A stretch of 11,406 bases of DNA from Candidatus Cloacimonadota bacterium (GTDB lineage Bacteria > Cloacimonadota > Cloacimonadia > Cloacimonadales > WRIO01), in NCBI GenBank assembly GCA_029564175.1, contig JAKQQL010000065.1:1-11406 (forward strand). The letters run 5' to 3'. A model generated the notes under the pieces. The model ran no database searches. It was not told the DNA's origin and saw only the letters and a list, made by a program, of their open reading frames with translations. Below, one piece after another: positions 7,367 through 11,406 of the stretch; the first letter of the stretch is position 1; each line of letters starts with the position of its first letter. The position numbers were made by a program, and so were the translations under genes.

Positions 7367-10300
7367 ATGAATCTGTTACCTGATATCATTTATCGAAATT
7401 ATAAAGGAAATTCATTTTCTGGCAAATTATATACTCATATTATGTATATTGACATCATCGGTTTTACAGCAATGACTGAGCAGTTTATGCAAAACAGTAA
7501 AGAAGGCGCAGAAAAACTAAGTATTTTTCTAAATGAGATTTACCAGCCAGTTATTGAACTGGTCAAAAATTATCAGGGAGATGTTATTTCATTTGCAGGT
7601 GATTCTCTCTGTGTTTTGTTTGACAATACAATGACGAGTCATCAGATTCTGGAGTGTGCTGTTTTGATTGAAGAGACTTTTACTGAAATCAAAAACAAGA
7701 TGATAGACAAAGAAAATGTTCAGATTGGCGTAAAAATCGGACTCGCATTTGGTCACGTACACTGGGAAATCTGTGGTAAAGAAAATTTCAGACAATACTA
7801 TTTCAGATCTCAAACCATCACGAATGCATACAAAGCCCAGGCAATTTGCCATGATACCGAAATTAAATCTCATAAATCATTTACCAAACCTGTCCTTAAT
7901 AAAAGACCTGTTGAAGAGTTTACAACACTTCGTAAAGAAATGCTGAATGATTTAAAAAAAGATTCTTCTCTTATACAAAAGACTCAAGCAACAACAGACA
8001 TTGACCCTCAAACATTAGAGGCCATTCAGGCAGAGTTTTATCCGCTTATCCATGATACATATTCATATAAAGGTGAATTTAGACAGATTGTTTGCGTTTT
8101 TATCAGTATCAATGCGAATATAGATATGTTTGTAAAAGCAATTAATGAATTAATTGTTTTGTCTGAAGATTACGGTGCCTATTTAAACAAAATTGATGTA
8201 ATCGATAATCCAGGACCAGTGATGCTGGTATTTGGTGCGCCAGTATCTTATGAAAACAACGTTTACCGTGCTCAGGCACTTGTTAATCATTTTCGGATAA
8301 GCGTCAAGAAAATTGTAAAAGATTATGAAAACTTCATGGCTAATAAAAGTGTGGATTTATCGTCCAGGGATTACACAATCGAACTGAAAGCCGGCATTTC
8401 TTTTGGAAATGCATTTGCTGGTTTTGTAGGATCTTCACTTCGTTCTGAATATACTTGTCTGGGTGATACGGTTAATGTTGCAGCTCGTCTATGTATGGCT
8501 GCAGAATGGAATACGGTATTAGCTACGAAAGAAATTGTTGATTTATCAAAAAACTGGTTTCAATACGAAGCGAAGAAAGCATTGCCACTCAGAGGCAAAA
8601 GCTTTGAGCTGGAGGTATTCGCACTCAATGAAAATGTAGTCAGAACAGATGATTTTTATGATAATCCCTTTTCAGGAAGAGAAATAGAGCTCATTTTTTT
8701 AAGAAAGCAAATCACTACTATCAATAAGGGAAGAGCCCCTTATGCGATATACATATACGGAGAAGCAGGTGTCGGCAAGAGCAGGCTGATTCATGAAATG
8801 ATTCGAAAAGAAGCAAACCATATAAATTTTATTCATATCTATACTGATAATATAATCAAGAAAAGCTTCAATCCAATAAAATCATGGATTAACAAGTATT
8901 TCAAGATAGATCATGTAATGATACCTGCAGAGCGAAATACCATTTTTGATGTAAATTATGAATTATTTTTAAAGCAGTTAAAGCATTCCAAAGATAAAAG
9001 AAGCGATGAGTTTTATTCTGAATTAAAGAATAAATCAGATTTTATAAAATCATTATTGAATATTCAGACTTCTAATCCGCAAATACAGAGTATCAGTCCC
9101 AAAGACTTGTACGAAATCGTAAGTTATGTATTAAACAGATTTTTCCTTGCTTTGTCGTTAATCCAAAAGACCTGTATTATCTTAGAAGATTTACAATATA
9201 TTGACAACGATACCTATCAATTGATAAACAGTATCAGTAAGAACAGTTTTAATTTTCCTTTACTGTTTCTGATCAGTAGCCGATATAACGATGATGGCTC
9301 AAAAATCCCATTAAAGCTGGCAGATCTAAGAATAGTAGAAATTCCACTAAAAGTGTTTAAGCACAAAGAATTAAGTGAAATGGTTGAAAAACAGATTCAG
9401 GGAAGACTGAGCAAGGAACTGATAAATTTTATAGGAGAAAAATCTGGAAATAACCCTTTTTATATTGAACAGATTTGTCACTATTTACTTGAAAATAACC
9501 TGCTGATTAAAAAAAATAAAGCCTTTGTACCTGTTCAGGAAAAAATTGAAATTCCAGGTACGATTAATGCCCTGATTGTATCAAGAATAGACAGATTAAG
9601 CAGAGAGTTGAAGGATATTATTCAAATTGCATCAGTCATTGGCAGAGAAGTGGATATTTCGCTTCTGAATGAAATGCTAAATGAGATATATCAATCACAT
9701 AACAGTTTTGAACAAAAATATCGCGATATCGAGAATGAACAGATTTGGGTACTCATCAAACAATTAAAATATATTTTCAGACACGTACTGATTCAAGAAG
9801 CGATTTATGATATGCAACTCAGACAACGACTCAGACAACTCCATGAATCATGTGCTATCTCGATGGAAAAAATATACGAAGCAAGACAGGAATATTTTTT
9901 AAACATCGCTTGGCATTATGAAAAAGCCGGAAATGAAGATAAAGCAAAGACTTATTATATGCAGGCAGGAGACTATCTGGCGACTCAATATCTGAACCAA
10001 AAAGCGCTGGAAGCCTATGATAAAGTGTTGGAACTCGATCCCGAAAACCTGACATATCTCGAAGTTTTAGACAAAAAAGTCAAAATTTATAATCTGACTG
10101 GTATGAAAAACGAAGAAAACAGATCCATTCAGGAAGGTTTGATTTTCGCTAAAAATATTAAGAGTGATTATTTCTATATGCGTTTTTTAACAAAGCAGGG
10201 AGATTTTAACAGAAGTATCAGTAATTACGAAGACGCTCAGGAAAATTATGAGAAAGCATTAAAACTATCTCAAAAACTGAATAATTTTAAAGAAGAAGCA

Positions 10301-11406
10301 GATATAAAAGGCTTTCTGGGTATTGTATTTTTACGCAGAGGCAAGTATGATGAAGCCAAAGCCTGTTTTGATTTTAAAATCAAAGTTTGTCAGACCCTTA
10401 ATGATATCAAGGGCGAAGCATACGCAATCAGTAATATCGGCGTAATTTACCTTAGAAGATCCCAGTTTGAACAGGCATTGGAAAGTTATGAATACCTTAA
10501 AATGATCAGTGAAAAAATTCATGATAAATTTGGTGAGATCTTAGCACTCGGTAACATTGCCCTTATCTGGTATAACAAAGGAGATTTAGATAAGGCTGAG
10601 CATATTTTGCTTGAAGAAATCAGAATATGTAAAGAAATAGGAGATGTCAACCGTATATCTAATGCTTATAATAATCTCGGGAGTGTTTACTGGGCAAAAG
10701 ATGACCTGAAGAATGCCCTAAAATACTATGAAATGGATAAATATAACTGTGAAATCAGAGGGGATAAACATGGACTCGCTTATGCGATTGGCAATATGGG
10801 ATTGATATACTATGCCAGTAAAGAATATCAAAAATCCATCAAATCATTCACTTACTGGGCAGAAGAATGTGAAAAATTTCAGGATTACTATGGCATGACA
10901 ACCGCCTTATCGAATATATCACAAGTTTATCTTGATACGAATCAGATAGATTTGGCAATTCAGGTACTTGAAAAAAATAAAAACATTTGTGAAAAAACGG
11001 GCGACGAAGGACAACTGAGTTTAACAATTGGAAATATTGGCAGTATTCATTTTGAAAAAGGAGAATTAGACAAAGCACTCGAATGCTATTTGTATCGTCT
11101 TAAACTGATCCTTAAGAATGAAGAAAAAGTGAATTATTTCGTTACCTATAGCAATTTAGCTAGAATATATGCAGAAAAAGCCTTTCATGATGAGTCAGAA
11201 GCCTATTTCCAACTGGCAATCAAAGAAGCTGAATTTTTAAAAAGTGATAAAAAACTCGCTGAGACTCTATCTGACTATTTGAGATACAAACTGGATTATC
11301 ACATACCATGTAATTATAAGCATCTATTACATCAGATTGAAGATTTAGCTGCAAAATTAAATGAAGATGATGATATCAAATTTTCTGTAGATATTGCCAG
11401 ATGTAG
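7367..11406 (+). CDS. 3'-truncated tandem class III adenylate cyclase - STAND NTPase - TPR protein (soluble adenylyl cyclase-like), >1346 aa
   Basis: Translated by hand in frame +2 from ATG 7367 (MNLLPDIIYRNY...) to the window end (...FSVDIARC) with no stop. Cyclase 1: YIDIIGFTAMTE (D29, 7451) and GDVISFAGDS (D79, 7601). Cyclase 2: GEFRQIVCVFI, YLNKID, FGAPVSYEN, AGFVGSSLRSEYTCLGDTVNVAARL (N370, R374) and LRGK. STAND module: FSGREIEL, Walker A GEAGVGKS (8759-8782), Walker B CIILED (9173-9190), LISSR, GNNPFYIEQ, IPGTINALIVSRIDRL, ASVIGRE and YIFRH. TPRs run from about 9900 to the end. Confidence 0.93.
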   Translation, partial: MNLLPDIIYRNYKGNSFSGKLYTHIMYIDIIGFTAMTEQFMQNSKEGAEKLSIFLNEIYQPVIELVKNYQGDVISFAGDSLCVLFDNTMTSHQILECAVLIEETFTEIKNKMIDKENVQIGVKIGLAFGHVHWEICGKENFRQYYFRSQTITNAYKAQAICHDTEIKSHKSFTKPVLNKRPVEEFTTLRKEMLNDLKKDSSLIQKTQATTDIDPQTLEAIQAEFYPLIHDTYSYKGEFRQIVCVFISINANIDMFVKAINELIVLSEDYGAYLNKIDVIDNPGPVMLVFGAPVSYENNVYRAQALVNHFRISVKKIVKDYENFMANKSVDLSSRDYTIELKAGISFGNAFAGFVGSSLRSEYTCLGDTVNVAARLCMAAEWNTVLATKEIVDLSKNWFQYEAKKALPLRGKSFELEVFALNENVVRTDDFYDNPFSGREIELIFLRKQITTINKGRAPYAIYIYGEAGVGKSRLIHEMIRKEANHINFIHIYTDNIIKKSFNPIKSWINKYFKIDHVMIPAERNTIFDVNYELFLKQLKHSKDKRSDEFYSELKNKSDFIKSLLNIQTSNPQIQSISPKDLYEIVSYVLNRFFLALSLIQKTCIILEDLQYIDNDTYQLINSISKNSFNFPLLFLISSRYNDDGSKIPLKLADLRIVEIPLKVFKHKELSEMVEKQIQGRLSKELINFIGEKSGNNPFYIEQICHYLLENNLLIKKNKAFVPVQEKIEIPGTINALIVSRIDRLSRELKDIIQIASVIGREVDISLLNEMLNEIYQSHNSFEQKYRDIENEQIWVLIKQLKYIFRHVLIQEAIYDMQLRQRLRQLHESCAISMEKIYEARQEYFLNIAWHYEKAGNEDKAKTYYMQAGDYLATQYLNQKALEAYDKVLELDPENLTYLEVLDKKVKIYNLTGMKNEENRSIQEGLIFAKNIKSDYFYMRFLTKQGDFNRSISNYEDAQENYEKALKLSQKLNNFKEEADIKGFLGIVFLRRGKYDEAKACFDFKIKVCQTLNDIKGEAYAISNIGVIYLRRSQFEQALESYEYLKMISEKIHDKFGEILALGNIALIWYNKGDLDKAEHILLEEIRICKEIGDVNRISNAYNNLGSVYWAKDDLKNALKYYEMDKYNCEIRGDKHGLAYAIGNMGLIYYASKEYQKSIKSFTYWAEECEKFQDYYGMTTALSNISQVYLDTNQIDLAIQVLEKNKNICEKTGDEGQLSLTIGNIGSIHFEKGELDKALECYLYRLKLILKNEEKVNYFVTYSNLARIYAEKAFHDESEAYFQLAIKEAEFLKSDKKLAETLSDYLRYKLDYHIPCNYKHLLHQIEDLAAKLNEDDDIKFSVDIARC
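10160..11340 (+). repeat. Array of about 9-10 TPR-like protein repeats with an exact 40-aa (120-nt) period inside the cyclase-STAND gene
   Basis: The conserved small residue of the N-(I/L/M)-(G/A/S) motif falls at codons starting 10199, 10319, 10439, 10559, 10679, 10799, 10919, 11039 and 11159 (QG, LG, NIG, NIA, NLG, NMG, NIS, NIG, NLA). The repeats are diverged at the DNA level. Confidence 0.85.

Noticed and set aside
9815..9841. Short direct repeat ACTCAGACAAC x2
   Set aside because: It simply encodes QLRQRLRQL in a helix of the STAND module and has no independent significance.
7589..11078. Track ORFs 7589..7873 (-), 7749..7946 (+), 9855..10055 (-), 10331..10522 (-) and 10848..11078 (-), and the apparent 4-kb gene desert
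   Set aside because: All are shadow ORFs inside the long frame +2 cyclase-STAND-TPR gene. The region is fully coding.
11404..11406. Terminal TAG as the stop codon of the cyclase gene
   Set aside because: It is in frame +1. The gene is in frame +2 (…GCC AGA TGT AG) and continues past the window.

Overview
AT-rich bacterial chromosomal window with every credible gene on the + strand. The FG-GAP protein with a 'YPNPFNP' C-terminal sorting domain, the 191-aa hypothetical protein and the tandem-cyclase/STAND/TPR protein together suggest an anaerobe of Ca. Cloacimonadota (inference only). In order: the 3' end of an FG-GAP/secretion-CTD protein (<1..486); six head-to-tail copies of a 31-bp hairpin-containing core with two recurring linker types (523..828, REP-like, not CRISPR); a basic 191-aa hypothetical protein; an alkaline-phosphatase-superfamily nucleotide pyrophosphatase/phosphodiesterase followed by an intrinsic terminator; the anaerobic class III ribonucleotide reductase operon nrdD-nrdG; and a lipoprotein GH3 NagZ-like beta-N-acetylglucosaminidase. 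One base after the GH3 stop begins a >1346-aa ORF (7367..>11406) that is absent from the supplied ORF track because it has no stop in the window. It encodes a soluble-adenylyl-cyclase-like tandem class III cyclase, a STAND NTPase and a 40-aa TPR array. The best leads are this NLR-like cyclase with its coupled GH3 gene, and the hairpin array with the neighbouring hypothetical protein.
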